From an uncultured Bacteroidales bacterium (GTDB lineage Bacteria; Bacteroidota; Bacteroidia; Bacteroidales; Bacteroidaceae): a stretch of DNA of 64,000 nt. Every line of letters begins with the position of its first letter. Positions within the stretch are counted from its first letter, which is position 1. Below the pieces are notes generated by a model that saw nothing but the letters and a program-made list of their open reading frames with translations, was not told the DNA's origin and searched no databases. The stretch is from NCBI GenBank assembly GCA_902779845.1, contig CACZCZ010000018.1:14747-78746 (forward strand), in the 5' to 3' direction. This document shows, piece after piece, positions 47,073 to 56,290 of this stretch. Made by a program: the position numbers and the translations under genes.

Positions 47073-48533
47073 TTACTCTTTCTCCGGCCAATGGCCGTAC
47101 ACCCGATGGTAGTAGTAGTCGTAGTACTCATCGGGCAACACATAGGGGAACTCCTCGGCGAAGAGTTCACGCAGTTTCTCCGGTGCTGCGGCCGCTGACT
47201 TCAGGCACGACAGCGTCTGCTCCACATCCTCCATCTTCATGTAGCAAAAAGCCTGATAGGCGTACAGGGCCGCCTGCTGTTCCGGCACCTGTGTGCGGTG
47301 CATCAGCTCGGCGAACATTTCATTGGCCAAGCTGTAGTACTCACATTCGAAGAACGTCAGCGCCCCCTGGAAGAAGATAGCCTCCTGCTGCTCTTCGTGG
47401 TGCTGACAGGCTTGCTGAATACACTCCAGAGCCGGTTCGGGCAGGCTGTTCTCGGCATAGACCCTTGCCCTGAGAAGATCCAGGTCTGGAATTTCGGCAT
47501 CGGGCTCGAAGTACGCCTGTGCCTCATCCAAGCGCGCCAAAGCCCCCTTCACATCGCCCTTGCGACTCAGGATCTGAGCGTGCTGTTCGTAGATGCCGGC
47601 TTGCTCGGGGCTGATGTCCTCGGACAGCGCCTCAGCTTTCTCAATGGCATCGATGGCTTCGTCCAGGCGGTCTGCATCCAGCAGGCAGTATGAGAGATAG
47701 AGCCAGTTCTGCTCGTTGAGGGGATTCCAGTCGATGAGCTGTTCATAGAGCTGCTGCGCGTCGGTGAACTTCCCCTGTTGCAAGAGAATCCACGCCTTCA
47801 GCTGCAAGGCTCGTTCGTTCTCGGGATCTACGGCCAGCGCATACTCCGTGCTGCTGAGGGCTTCGTCATATTCCTGCAGCCCGCAGTGGGCTTCAGCGCT
47901 CCAGTTCCACGCCTCGGTGGAGAAGGGATCTACGTCCAGCATCCGTTCGATATAGCCGAGTGCGGTGCGGTTGTCTTCCTTCCCGAGATACACGTCGGCC
48001 ATGATCTGCCACGTCTTGTACCAGTCGGGAGCCATCTCCTCCAGCTGCAGGGCAAAACAGAGGGCTTCTTCATAGAGGTGGTAGTCGATGAAGACGTAAG
48101 CGCTGTCATAAAGGAAGAAGTCGCGGTCCTCAGTCACGCTCTCCGATGCCTGCTGGAGCATCGCCGCAGCCTGCTTCACACGGTCCTGACGCAACAACAG
48201 CTCCGCCCGCAGGAACAGCACCTCGCGGTGCTGCTGGTCCTCGATGGAACGACAGATTTCCTCTGCCGTGCCGATATCTCCCGTCAGCATATACTGCCGG
48301 GCCTTGAAGACTTGTGGATCTACGGCATCGGGGTGCAGCTGCAGCGCCAGAGAGATGGCTTCGTCAGCACGCTCATCGTCATGACAGACCATCGAGTAAT
48401 ACTCTGCGATGTCGGTGAGTTCATCAGCCTCCATATACGCCTGCGAGCCAGCCTCCAGGGCTGCCTCGTAGGTCGCAAGAAGGTCCTTGAACTCAGGACT
48501 CTCGAAGTATTTCAGGTCATCGTCAAGACGCAT
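47073..48533 (-). CDS. Tetratricopeptide-repeat protein
   Basis: 486-aa acidic helical-repeat protein with multiple TPR-like units. Confidence 0.7.
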   Translation of the reverse strand: MRLDDDLKYFESPEFKDLLATYEAALEAGSQAYMEADELTDIAEYYSMVCHDDERADEAISLALQLHPDAVDPQVFKARQYMLTGDIGTAEEICRSIEDQQHREVLFLRAELLLRQDRVKQAAAMLQQASESVTEDRDFFLYDSAYVFIDYHLYEEALCFALQLEEMAPDWYKTWQIMADVYLGKEDNRTALGYIERMLDVDPFSTEAWNWSAEAHCGLQEYDEALSSTEYALAVDPENERALQLKAWILLQQGKFTDAQQLYEQLIDWNPLNEQNWLYLSYCLLDADRLDEAIDAIEKAEALSEDISPEQAGIYEQHAQILSRKGDVKGALARLDEAQAYFEPDAEIPDLDLLRARVYAENSLPEPALECIQQACQHHEEQQEAIFFQGALTFFECEYYSLANEMFAELMHRTQVPEQQAALYAYQAFCYMKMEDVEQTLSCLKSAAAAPEKLRELFAEEFPYVLPDEYYDYYYHRVYGHWPEKE

Positions 48534-48570
48534 GAGAACTTTTCATTTTTAACTTTTCATTTTTAACTTT
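48534..48570. repeat. AACTTTTCATTTTT x3 array filling the whole intergenic spacer
   Basis: Read directly, between the glnS stop (48571) and the TPR gene ATG (48533). Confidence 0.9.
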
Positions 48571-50328
48571 TCATTTCTTAAACGAATCCTTCAGGCCGAC
48601 GGTCTTGTTGAAGATGAGGTGATCGGGCGTTGAATCCGTGTCGATATTGAAGTAGCCGATGCGCTGGAACTGCAGGTAGGTCAGTGCCGGCATATCCTTC
48701 ACGAACTTCTCGACATAGCAGTTCGTAAGCACGTGCAGCGAATCGGGGTTCATCATCTGCTGCATCGCCTCGATGGGTGTGAGGCCCTCGTTCTGCAGAC
48801 GGGCCAGCTCATCACGCGGGTTCTCCACCTGCCACAGACGTTCATACATCCGCACCTCAGCCGGCAGACAGTGGGCGCAGCTGAGCCAGTGCAGTGTCTT
48901 GCCCTTGATCTTGCGGTCAGCGCCAGGCTGTCCGCTGCGTGTCTCGGGGTCGTAGGTGGCGTAGATGCAGGTCACATTGCCCTCGGCATCCACGTCGAAG
49001 GGATGCTCGCCCTCCTCGTTGCACTTGATGATGTAGGCGTTCTTCAGTCGCACCTCCTTACCCGGAGCCAGACGCATGAACTTCTTCTCGGCAACCATCT
49101 GGAAGTCGTCGCGCTCGATCCACAGCTCGCGGCTGAACTCAATGGTGTGTGTTCCCTCCTCGGGACGCTCGGGATTGTTCACGGCCTCCAGTTCTTCCAC
49201 CTTCCCTTCGGGGTAGTTGGTGATGACGAGCTTCACGGGATTCACGACAGCTGCCACGCGGGTGCTGCGCTGGTTCAGGTCCTCACGCACTGCGCTCTCC
49301 AAGAGGGCGAAGTCGTTCAGCGCGTCGTAGGTGGTGTAACCAATCTTATCGATGAAGTTCACGATGCTCTCGGGCGAATAGCCGCGACGACGGAAGGCAC
49401 AGATGGTCGGCATTCGAGGGTCATCCCAGCCGCTGACGAAACCGTTCTTAACCAATGCCAGCAGGTTGCGCTTTGACATCAGCGTGTAGTTGAGGTTCAG
49501 CTTGTTGAACTCGGTCTGGCGCGGACGGTTGTCCTCGATGTTATCCGTCTCGCCACGCCACTCCTTCATCCATGTGACGAAGAGGTCGTAGAGAGGACGA
49601 TGCTCCACGAACTCCAGCGTGCACCACGAATGTGTGACACCCTCGAGATAGTCGCTCTGTCCGTGGGTGAAGTCGTACATGGGATAGGCATTCCACTTGT
49701 TGCCGGTGCGGATGTGTGGGATGTTCAGCACGCGATAGATGAGCGGGTCGCGGAAGAGCATATTGGGATGTGCCATGTCTATCTTGGCACGCAACACCAA
49801 TGTGCCGGGCTCGCATTTGCCGCTGTTCATGAAGTCAAACAGTCGCAGGCTCTCCTCCACGGGACGGTTGCGGAAGGGGCTGTTGGTGCCGGGCGACGTG
49901 GTGGTGCCTTTCTGCTGGGCGATCACCTCGGCGCTCTGTTCATCGACATAAGCGCGATCCTGCTTGATCAACCACACGGCGAAGTTCCACAACTGCTGGA
50001 AGTAGTCGCTGGCATAGTAGATGTTCCCCCACTCGAAGCCCAACCAACGGATGTCCTGCTCGATGGCATCCATGTATTCGGTGTCCTCCTTCTGAGGATT
50101 CGTGTCGTCGAAGCGCAGGTTGCACACACCGCCATACTTCTTGGCCAGGCCGAAGTCAAGGGCGATAGCCTTGGCGTGACCGATGTGCAGGTAGCCATTG
50201 GGTTCGGGCGGGAAGCGTGTCTGCATCCGTCCGCCGTTCTTACCTTCTGCAAGGTCTTTCTCTACTTTCTGTTCGATGAAGTTCAGGCTTTTCTTCTCCT
50301 GAGCCTCTTCCTTAATCATTTCTTCCAT
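48571..50328 (-). CDS. glnS: Glutamine--tRNA ligase
   Basis: RFPPEPNGYLHIGHAKA (HIGH) and LMSKR (KMSKS-like) motifs. 585 aa. Confidence 0.95.
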   Translation of the reverse strand: MEEMIKEEAQEKKSLNFIEQKVEKDLAEGKNGGRMQTRFPPEPNGYLHIGHAKAIALDFGLAKKYGGVCNLRFDDTNPQKEDTEYMDAIEQDIRWLGFEWGNIYYASDYFQQLWNFAVWLIKQDRAYVDEQSAEVIAQQKGTTTSPGTNSPFRNRPVEESLRLFDFMNSGKCEPGTLVLRAKIDMAHPNMLFRDPLIYRVLNIPHIRTGNKWNAYPMYDFTHGQSDYLEGVTHSWCTLEFVEHRPLYDLFVTWMKEWRGETDNIEDNRPRQTEFNKLNLNYTLMSKRNLLALVKNGFVSGWDDPRMPTICAFRRRGYSPESIVNFIDKIGYTTYDALNDFALLESAVREDLNQRSTRVAAVVNPVKLVITNYPEGKVEELEAVNNPERPEEGTHTIEFSRELWIERDDFQMVAEKKFMRLAPGKEVRLKNAYIIKCNEEGEHPFDVDAEGNVTCIYATYDPETRSGQPGADRKIKGKTLHWLSCAHCLPAEVRMYERLWQVENPRDELARLQNEGLTPIEAMQQMMNPDSLHVLTNCYVEKFVKDMPALTYLQFQRIGYFNIDTDSTPDHLIFNKTVGLKDSFKK

Positions 50329-50370
50329 ATCATGTATTTTCTTGATTTCTACTTTCAGCTGTTCAAGCGT

Positions 50371-50988
50371 TCAACGTTCCAACTCATTCATCCGACTCTG
50401 GTACTGGGCAATGTACTTCCCAAGTATATCAAATTCAATGTTCACCACCGTTCCCACCTTGATATCATGGAAGTTGGTGTTGTCGAAGGTGTAGGGGATA
50501 ATGCAGACGGCAAAGGTATTGCGCGTGGGACGGCACACCGTCAGCGACACACCGTTGACACACACGGAACCCTTATCGACCGTGAAGTAGCCGCGGCTGA
50601 CCATCGCCGGATCGGCCTCGTACTCGAAGGTGAACTCGTGGCTGCCCTCCTGGTCCTCCACGGCAATGCAGCGCGCCGTCTGATCCACGTGTCCCTGCAC
50701 GATATGGCCATCCAGGCGACCGCCCATCTGCATGGAGCGCTCCACATTCACCTCATCGCCCACCTTCAGCAACCCGAGGTTCGAGCGCTCCAGTGTCTCG
50801 CGCATGGCGGTGACGGTGTAGCAGTCGGCTTCGATGCGAACCACGGTGAGGCACACGCCGTTGTGCGCGATGCTCTGGTCAATCTTCAGTTCGTCTGTAA
50901 AGGGGCAGCGCAACGTAAAATGCAGGTTGTCCTGCTCGCGCTCAATAGCCACTACGGTGGCGGTGCTTTCTACGATTCCTGAGAACAT
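50371..50988 (-). CDS. ribE: Riboflavin synthase alpha chain
   Basis: MFSGIVE N-terminus and duplicated lumazine-binding repeats (VNGVSLTV, HNGVCLTV). Confidence 0.95.
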   Translation of the reverse strand: MFSGIVESTATVVAIEREQDNLHFTLRCPFTDELKIDQSIAHNGVCLTVVRIEADCYTVTAMRETLERSNLGLLKVGDEVNVERSMQMGGRLDGHIVQGHVDQTARCIAVEDQEGSHEFTFEYEADPAMVSRGYFTVDKGSVCVNGVSLTVCRPTRNTFAVCIIPYTFDNTNFHDIKVGTVVNIEFDILGKYIAQYQSRMNELER

Positions 50989-50990
50989 AT

Positions 50991-51029
50991 GGTAATTGGA
51001 CGATTTGACGATTTACAATTGGACATTTC
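50991..51029. repeat. AATTGTC-family array (reverse-complement orientation)
   Basis: ggtaattggacgatttgacgatttacaattggacatttc, directly upstream of the ribE ATG. Confidence 0.8.
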
Positions 51030-51039
51030 TTTTTCGCTG

Positions 51040-51047
51040 CAAAGGTA
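51040..51047 (-). promoter_or_regulatory. -7 promoter box TACCTTTG (ribE); a second copy lies at 51119-51126
   Basis: ATTCGTACCTTTG occurs twice as a direct repeat on the minus strand. Confidence 0.45.
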
Positions 51048-51211
51048 CGAATAAGCGAGCGAAGTACAAAATAAATTCATTTATTTTTAATTCCAAGCGT
51101 GAGTATTTTCGGCGGAGCCAAAGGTACGAATTAAAATGAAAAGTGAACTTTTGGAGCAGCGAGAGCAATCAAGCTTGCTTGAATTGCAGAGTCGTGACAA
51201 AAGTCAACAAA

Positions 51212-51266
51212 GTGAAAAATGAAAGAGTGAAAAATGAAAGAGTGAAAAGAGAAAAAAAGGGAAAAT
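51212..51266. repeat. GTGAAAA/ATGAAAG heptamer array
   Basis: gtgaaaaatgaaagagtgaaaaatgaaagagtgaaaagagaaaaaaagggaaaatg. Confidence 0.9.
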
Positions 51267-51312
51267 GCACAAAAACTTTCATCTCGCGGCCTTAAAACAC
51301 AAACATTTTCCA

Positions 51313-51320
51313 TACCTTTG
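51313..51320 (+). promoter_or_regulatory. -7 promoter box TACCTTTG (Cys/His-rich protein and TonB receptor operon)
   Basis: TAnnTTTG match 9 nt upstream of the ATG at 51329, so the mRNA is nearly leaderless. Confidence 0.45.
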
Positions 51321-51328
51321 CCGCCGAT

Positions 51329-51685
51329 ATGAAAAAGGAACTGAAGAAACAACTTTATTCTTGGTTGCTATTGTTGGTCTTTGTGCCAACGGTGGTGGCC
51401 GCAGCTCTTCACGTTCACAGCGACTACAGCGAAGCCCAGCCGGACTGCACAGCCTGCGTCAACCACCAGGCCCACGCAGGGCATATCTCCAACGCCTCGG
51501 GACATCTTCATGACTGCGTCCTGTGTCAGCTGTTGCAAGGCAGTTTCCTGATTGCTTCGTTTGTCGTTTTCCGTCATCTTCTCTTCCCCCACCGCCTTTC
51601 GTTCCCCAGACTTGTCATAGACGGCAGCTGCTACGATGGTGGTGTGTTAAGTTCGAGAGCGCCTCCCGCAGAGGTGAATAACTAA
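51329..51685 (+). CDS. Small Cys/His-rich membrane-anchored protein, hypothetical
   Basis: One TM helix, then HVHSDYSEAQPDCTACVNHQAHAGHISNASGHLHDCVLCQ. Lies immediately upstream of the TonB-dependent receptor. Confidence 0.55.
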   Translation: MKKELKKQLYSWLLLLVFVPTVVAAALHVHSDYSEAQPDCTACVNHQAHAGHISNASGHLHDCVLCQLLQGSFLIASFVVFRHLLFPHRLSFPRLVIDGSCYDGGVLSSRAPPAEVNN

Positions 51686-51725
51686 TTTAACTCTTACTCA
51701 TCAACGCTCTCTAACTTAACATTTT

Positions 51726-54044
51726 ATGAAATCAGCATATTGTGTGCTGATGCTATTGTGTGCAAGCATGGTAGCTTCAGCTCAGTCGGCACCCGATTCG
51801 GCCGACATCTTCTTCAACCATCTCAATCTGGACGAAGTGGTGGTCACGAGCCCTGTGGGACAGATCAAGCGTAAGCAGTCTGCCACACCCATCTCCGTGG
51901 TCACACAGAAGACGCTGCGACAGACAGCATCCTCCAACATCATCGACGCCGTGGCCAAAGAACCCGGCGTAGCACAGGTCACCACCGGTAGCGGCATCTC
52001 CAAACCCGTCATCCGCGGTCTCGGCTACAACCGCATCGTCACCATCGCCGACGGTGTCCGACAGGAAGGACAGCAATGGGGCGACGAGCACGGCATAGAA
52101 ATCGACGGGCAGAGCGTCGGGCAGGTGGAGATCCTCAAAGGCCCCGCCTCCCTCATGTACGGCTCCGACGCGATGGCCGGCGTCCTCATCTTCCACCCCG
52201 AAGCCATTGAACCCGCAGGGCGCATGGCCGCCAGCCTCGCCACCGAGTACCAGACCAACAGCGGCCTCATCAACTACTCCCTGCGCTTCGGCGGCAACAA
52301 GAAGGGGTTTGTGTGGAACGGACGCTACAGCGAGAAGTTCGCACACGCATACCATAATAAATATGACGGCTACGTACCCGGCACACAGTTCCATGAGCGT
52401 GCCGTCAACGCGCTGCTCGGCATGAACAAGGACTGGGGCTTCACACACCTCACCCTCGGCTACTACCACATCACGCCCAGCATGACCGAGGGCGAGCGCA
52501 GCCCCGAGACAGGCGACCTCGTCTATGATGACGACCAATACCCCAACGGCAACCTCCGCACCTACAAGAAGGCGCTCCCCTACCAGCAGATTCACCACTA
52601 CAAAGCCGTCCTCGACAACTCCTTCTCCCTCGGCAACGGCCTCCTCAAAGCCATCGTCGGCTACCAGCAGAACCGCCGCCAGGAGTTCGAAGAGCACCAC
52701 CATCACGAAGCCACTGCGCCCGACGGTTCACCCGTCGAGGAGCACCACCACTCCGCTGACGAGCCCTCCCTGGACCTCCTCCTCCACACCGTCACCTACG
52801 ACGCCCGCTACCTCCACACCGGTTTCGACACCTGGAAACTCACGGCAGGCATCGGCGGAATGTTCCAGCGCTCGCTGAACAAAGGCGAGGAGTTCCTCAT
52901 CCCCGACTACCGCCTCTTCGACATCGGCGCCTACGCCACCGCCAGCAAGAACTGGCAGAAGTGGACCCTCAGCGGCGGCCTCCGTTTCGACAACCGCCAT
53001 CTGCACAGCTATGCCCTCACGGAAGAGGGCGAAGAGCGCTTTGCCGACTTCACGCGCAACTTCAACGCCCTGACGGGTTCCCTCGGCACCGTATGGCACG
53101 CCAACAGCCATCTTAACATCCGCGCCAATGTAGCCCGCGGCTTCCGGGCCCCCAACCTCAGCGAACTGGGCAGCAACGGCGCACATCATGGCACCCTGCG
53201 CTACGAGATTGGCAACCCCGACCTCAAGGCTGAGCACAGCTGGCAAGGCGACCTGGGCTTCGACTACAGCAGCCGCTACATCTCTGCCGAACTCTCCCTC
53301 TTCATCAACCGCATCGGCAACTACATCTACGCCGCCGCCGTCCCCTCAACCCTCAGCCCTCAACCCTCAGCCCTCAACCCTCAACCCTCAACCCTCAGCC
53401 CTCAACCCTCAACCCTCAACCCTCAACCTTCGCCGTCCGGCGAGGGCGGTTACCGCCACTTCCGCTACACCCAAGGCGACGCCCTCCTCAAGGGCTTCGA
53501 GGCCGGCATCGATGTCCACCCCCTCCACCAGCTGCACATCGGCGCCACCTACTCGATGGTCGATGCCCGCCAGCTCAACCAGCCGCTGGAGACCCGCTAC
53601 CTGCCCCTCACCCCTGCCCCACGCCTCACCGGCGAAGTGAAATGGGAGTTCACCCACAACGGCGACCACCACAGCAGTGCTCCCCACCACACAGGCGAGA
53701 GCCAACACCACCACCGCCTCGACCACATCTTCGACAACGCCTATGTGGCCGTCAGCGTAGAGCATTACTTCCGCCAGAACCACTACTACATGGCCGACGA
53801 CACCGAGACCGCCACGCCCGCCTACACCCTCCTCAACCTGTCTGCGGGAACCGACATCCTCCTGCGCAATGGCCGCAAGCTCTGCGAGCTCTACCTCATC
53901 GCCGACAACCTCCTCAACTGCGCTTACCAAAGTCACCTCAGCCGCCTCAAGTATGCCGACGTCAACAACCGCACAGGTCGTCGCGGCATCTTCAATCCGG
54001 GACGCAACATCACCATCAAACTCATCTTTCCCGTGCAGTTCTGA
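51726..54044 (+). CDS. TonB-dependent receptor with His-rich loops (metal-uptake type suspected)
   Basis: Signal peptide, plug region (DEVVVTS...), beta-barrel and terminal Phe (FPVQF). His-rich segments are EEHHHHEATAPDGSPVEEHHHSADE and NGDHHSSAPHHTGESQHHHRLDH. Repeat insert at 53343-53428. Confidence 0.9.
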   Translation: MKSAYCVLMLLCASMVASAQSAPDSADIFFNHLNLDEVVVTSPVGQIKRKQSATPISVVTQKTLRQTASSNIIDAVAKEPGVAQVTTGSGISKPVIRGLGYNRIVTIADGVRQEGQQWGDEHGIEIDGQSVGQVEILKGPASLMYGSDAMAGVLIFHPEAIEPAGRMAASLATEYQTNSGLINYSLRFGGNKKGFVWNGRYSEKFAHAYHNKYDGYVPGTQFHERAVNALLGMNKDWGFTHLTLGYYHITPSMTEGERSPETGDLVYDDDQYPNGNLRTYKKALPYQQIHHYKAVLDNSFSLGNGLLKAIVGYQQNRRQEFEEHHHHEATAPDGSPVEEHHHSADEPSLDLLLHTVTYDARYLHTGFDTWKLTAGIGGMFQRSLNKGEEFLIPDYRLFDIGAYATASKNWQKWTLSGGLRFDNRHLHSYALTEEGEERFADFTRNFNALTGSLGTVWHANSHLNIRANVARGFRAPNLSELGSNGAHHGTLRYEIGNPDLKAEHSWQGDLGFDYSSRYISAELSLFINRIGNYIYAAAVPSTLSPQPSALNPQPSTLSPQPSTLNPQPSPSGEGGYRHFRYTQGDALLKGFEAGIDVHPLHQLHIGATYSMVDARQLNQPLETRYLPLTPAPRLTGEVKWEFTHNGDHHSSAPHHTGESQHHHRLDHIFDNAYVAVSVEHYFRQNHYYMADDTETATPAYTLLNLSAGTDILLRNGRKLCELYLIADNLLNCAYQSHLSRLKYADVNNRTGRRGIFNPGRNITIKLIFPVQF
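53343..53428. repeat. (CCCTCAA/CCCTCAG)n array in frame inside the TonB receptor gene
   Basis: About 12 heptamers. Encodes [29 protein letters not shown]. Confidence 0.95.
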
Positions 54045-54068
54045 CCACCTCCGGCACCCATAAACAAC

Positions 54069-54112
54069 AAAGACGCAAAGAAAAATCACAATTTCTTTGC
54101 GTCTTTTCGTTT
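54069..54112 (+). terminator. Rho-independent terminator of the TonB receptor gene
   Basis: Perfect 15-bp stem AAAGACGCAAAGAAA / TTTCTTTGCGTCTTT followed by a T-rich tail. Confidence 0.8.
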
Positions 54113-54129
54113 ATTCCTGCAAAAAGCAT

Positions 54130-54137
54130 TATCTTTG
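54130..54137 (+). promoter_or_regulatory. -7 promoter box TATCTTTG (first deoxynucleoside kinase)
   Basis: TAnnTTTG match 28 nt upstream of the ATG at 54165. It excludes the TTG start at 54135. Confidence 0.5.
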
Positions 54138-54164
54138 CACGCAGAATTCACTTTACCAACAACT

Positions 54165-54785
54165 ATGCATATAGTCATTGCCGGAAACATAGGAAGCGGA
54201 AAGACTACGCTCACGAAGATGCTCGCACAGCACTATGGATGGACAGCGCAGTTCGAAGCCGTTGACTACAATCCCTACCTCGAAGACTACTACAAGGACA
54301 TCCCGCGATGGTCCTTCAACTTAGAGGTGTATTTCCTCAAGCAACGCTTTAAAGACCTTCTCGAACTATCTCATTCCGAGAATAGTATCATACAGGACAG
54401 AAGCATCTACGAGGGCGTGTATGTCTTCACCACCAACAACCATCGCATGGGCAATCTCTCAGACCGCGACTTCAACACCTACATGGAGTTGTTCGACAAC
54501 ATGACCGACATCCTGCGCTACCCGGATCTGATGATCTACCTGCGTGCCTCGGTGCCCCATCTGGTGCAGAACATCCAGAAGCGGGGTCGCGACTACGAGC
54601 AGTCTATGCCCATCGACTACCTGCGCAACCTCAACCACCTCTACGAGGACTTCATCTACGAGAAATACCGCGGACGAACCGTCGTCATCGATGTTGACAA
54701 CCTCGACTTCAAGAACCGCACGGAGGACTTCGCACACATCATCGACAAAATCGACGCCCAGCTCTTCTCACTCTTTCCGGAGTGA
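54165..54785 (+). CDS. Deoxynucleoside kinase
   Basis: IAGNIGSGKTTLTKML P-loop and dNK-family ERS/DRxxFE-like motifs. Confidence 0.9.
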   Translation: MHIVIAGNIGSGKTTLTKMLAQHYGWTAQFEAVDYNPYLEDYYKDIPRWSFNLEVYFLKQRFKDLLELSHSENSIIQDRSIYEGVYVFTTNNHRMGNLSDRDFNTYMELFDNMTDILRYPDLMIYLRASVPHLVQNIQKRGRDYEQSMPIDYLRNLNHLYEDFIYEKYRGRTVVIDVDNLDFKNRTEDFAHIIDKIDAQLFSLFPE

Positions 54786-54826
54786 GAGAAAATGAAAAAT
54801 GAAAGAGTGAAAAGTGAAAAATAAAA
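54786..54826. repeat. GTGAAAA/ATGAAAA heptamer array
   Basis: Read directly after the kinase stop. Confidence 0.85.
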
Positions 54827-54830
54827 AGTT

Positions 54831-54921
54831 CCCCTTGAACTCTTGAACTCCTTAAACCCTTTGAACCCTTGAACTCTTGAACTTTTGAACCCTTAAACGT
54901 TAAACATTAAACTTTAAACTG
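54831..54921. repeat. CTTGAAC/CTTAAAC 8-9-nt array
   Basis: ccccttgaactcttgaactccttaaaccctttgaacccttgaactcttgaacttttgaaccc... Same family as 2772-2819 (reverse complement) and 21366-21420. Confidence 0.85.
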
Positions 54922-54941
54922 CGGCGAAGCCGCGCTCAACC

Positions 54942-55565
54942 ATGCACATCGCCATTGCCGGAAACATCGGTAGCGGAAAGACTACCCTCACCAAGCTCCT
55001 CGCCGCACACTACGGCTGGTCAGCACGTTTCGAACCCGTCGATTACAACCCGTACCTCGACGATTTCTACAAGGACATGAGCCGCTGGTCCTTCAATCTC
55101 CAGATCTACTTCCTGAACAAACGCTTCAAGGACGTCGTGGAGATTGGCAAGAGCAGCGACACCATCATCCAAGACCGCACCATCTTCGAGGATGCCCGCA
55201 TCTTCGCGCCCAACCTGCACGCCCAGGGCTATATGAGCGACCGCGATTTCGAGAACTACACCGACCTCTTCGACCTGATGATGTCCCTGGTGAAGCTCCC
55301 CGACCTGATGATCTACATTCGCTCCAGCATCCCCACCCTGATAGCACAAATCCAGCAGCGCGGACGCGAGTTCGAACAGAGCATCCGCATCGACTACCTC
55401 CAGGGTCTCGGCGACCGCTACGAGGAGTGGATCAAGGACTACAAGGGCAACCTCATCATCGTCGATGGTGACACCTGCAAGTTTGGCAACGACCCACAGG
55501 CTTTCCAGCAGGTCACCGACATGATCGACGCCGAGCTCTACGGCCTGTTCCCCCTGGGAAATTAA
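54942..55565 (+). CDS. Deoxynucleoside kinase (tandem paralogue)
   Basis: IAGNIGSGKTTLTKLL P-loop. Collinear with the upstream paralogue. Confidence 0.9.
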   Translation: MHIAIAGNIGSGKTTLTKLLAAHYGWSARFEPVDYNPYLDDFYKDMSRWSFNLQIYFLNKRFKDVVEIGKSSDTIIQDRTIFEDARIFAPNLHAQGYMSDRDFENYTDLFDLMMSLVKLPDLMIYIRSSIPTLIAQIQQRGREFEQSIRIDYLQGLGDRYEEWIKDYKGNLIIVDGDTCKFGNDPQAFQQVTDMIDAELYGLFPLGN

Positions 55566-56191
55566 GAGATTGACAACCTCTCCTCCACCGCCTCGCGCCA
55601 ATCGCCGTTCTTCTCCACGAGCAGCGTCTGTATGCCCAGCTGCTCTGCGACGGCGATGTTCGCAGGGCTGTCGTCCAGGAACAGCGTCTCGCCAGCCTGC
55701 AACTGCGCGTCGTCCAGCATATAGCGGAAGATGGCCGGGTCGGGTTTCATCAGTCCGACCTCGTAGGAGCAGTAGCACTTCTCCAGATAGCTGCTCAGCG
55801 GACGTCCGGCAGCGCTGAAGCGTGCACTCTCGGCCCACGCCTGCACATAGGGGTTGGTGTTTGACAACAGGAACGTGCGATAGCCGCGGCTTCGCAGTTC
55901 CTCGAGATACTGCAGCTTACGCTCATCCACGGGATTACCCACATAGCCCAACCACGCGCCCTGCACCTCTTCGTACGTCAGCGGACGGTGACACAGGGGT
56001 TCCAGCTGCCGACGAAAGGCATCGGCGGTGATGCGTCCAGACTCCAGATCCTCAAAGAACCCGCGCTGGTGGTAACGATCCAACCGCTGATCGGCATCTG
56101 CCAACCCAATCTTCTTGAACGTCTCCACCGCACGCTCATAGGCGAGGTCAAAGATGACGCCGCCGAAATCAAAAGCAATATTCTTTATCAT
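55562..56191 (-). CDS. HAD-superfamily hydrolase (subfamily IA-like)
   Basis: IAFDFGGVI motif I, LLSNTN motif II and FLDDSPANI motif IV. Confidence 0.85.
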   Translation of the reverse strand: MIKNIAFDFGGVIFDLAYERAVETFKKIGLADADQRLDRYHQRGFFEDLESGRITADAFRRQLEPLCHRPLTYEEVQGAWLGYVGNPVDERKLQYLEELRSRGYRTFLLSNTNPYVQAWAESARFSAAGRPLSSYLEKCYCSYEVGLMKPDPAIFRYMLDDAQLQAGETLFLDDSPANIAVAEQLGIQTLLVEKNGDWREAVEERLSIS

Positions 56192-56199
56192 AATGGGCG

Positions 56200-56207
56200 C
56201 AAAGGTA
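56200..56207 (-). promoter_or_regulatory. -7 promoter box TACCTTTG (HAD hydrolase)
   Basis: TAnnTTTG match 9 nt upstream of the ATG at 56191. Confidence 0.45.
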
Positions 56208-56216
56208 CTGCTTTAA

Positions 56217-56268
56217 GTGAAAAGTGAAAAATGAAAGAATGAAAAATGAAGAGTGAAAAGTGAAAAAA
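56217..56268. repeat. GTGAAAA/ATGAAAG heptamer array
   Basis: Read directly, in the divergent intergenic region. Confidence 0.9.
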
Positions 56269-56290
56269 CATAAAATACAACATTAAAGAC

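Noticed and set aside
49600-50982. 460-aa plus-strand ORF opposite glnS and ribE. The same applies to 48733-49476, 36369-37649, 39286-40533, 40555-41394, 35375-36421, 33660-34619, 5371-6420, 51777-52706, 53409-54089, 56300-57514, 55020-55838, 10377-11180, 21919-22881, 3580-4296, 38142-39077, 60067-60666 and 16882-17706.
   Set aside because: All overlap, on the opposite strand, genes with strong family signatures. These are long open frames expected by chance at this GC content, and none shows a motif or its own promoter box.
54165-55565. Tandem deoxynucleoside kinase paralogues as something unusual.
   Set aside because: Adjacent dAK/dGK-type paralogues are a known arrangement in several bacteria, so this is ordinary metabolism.
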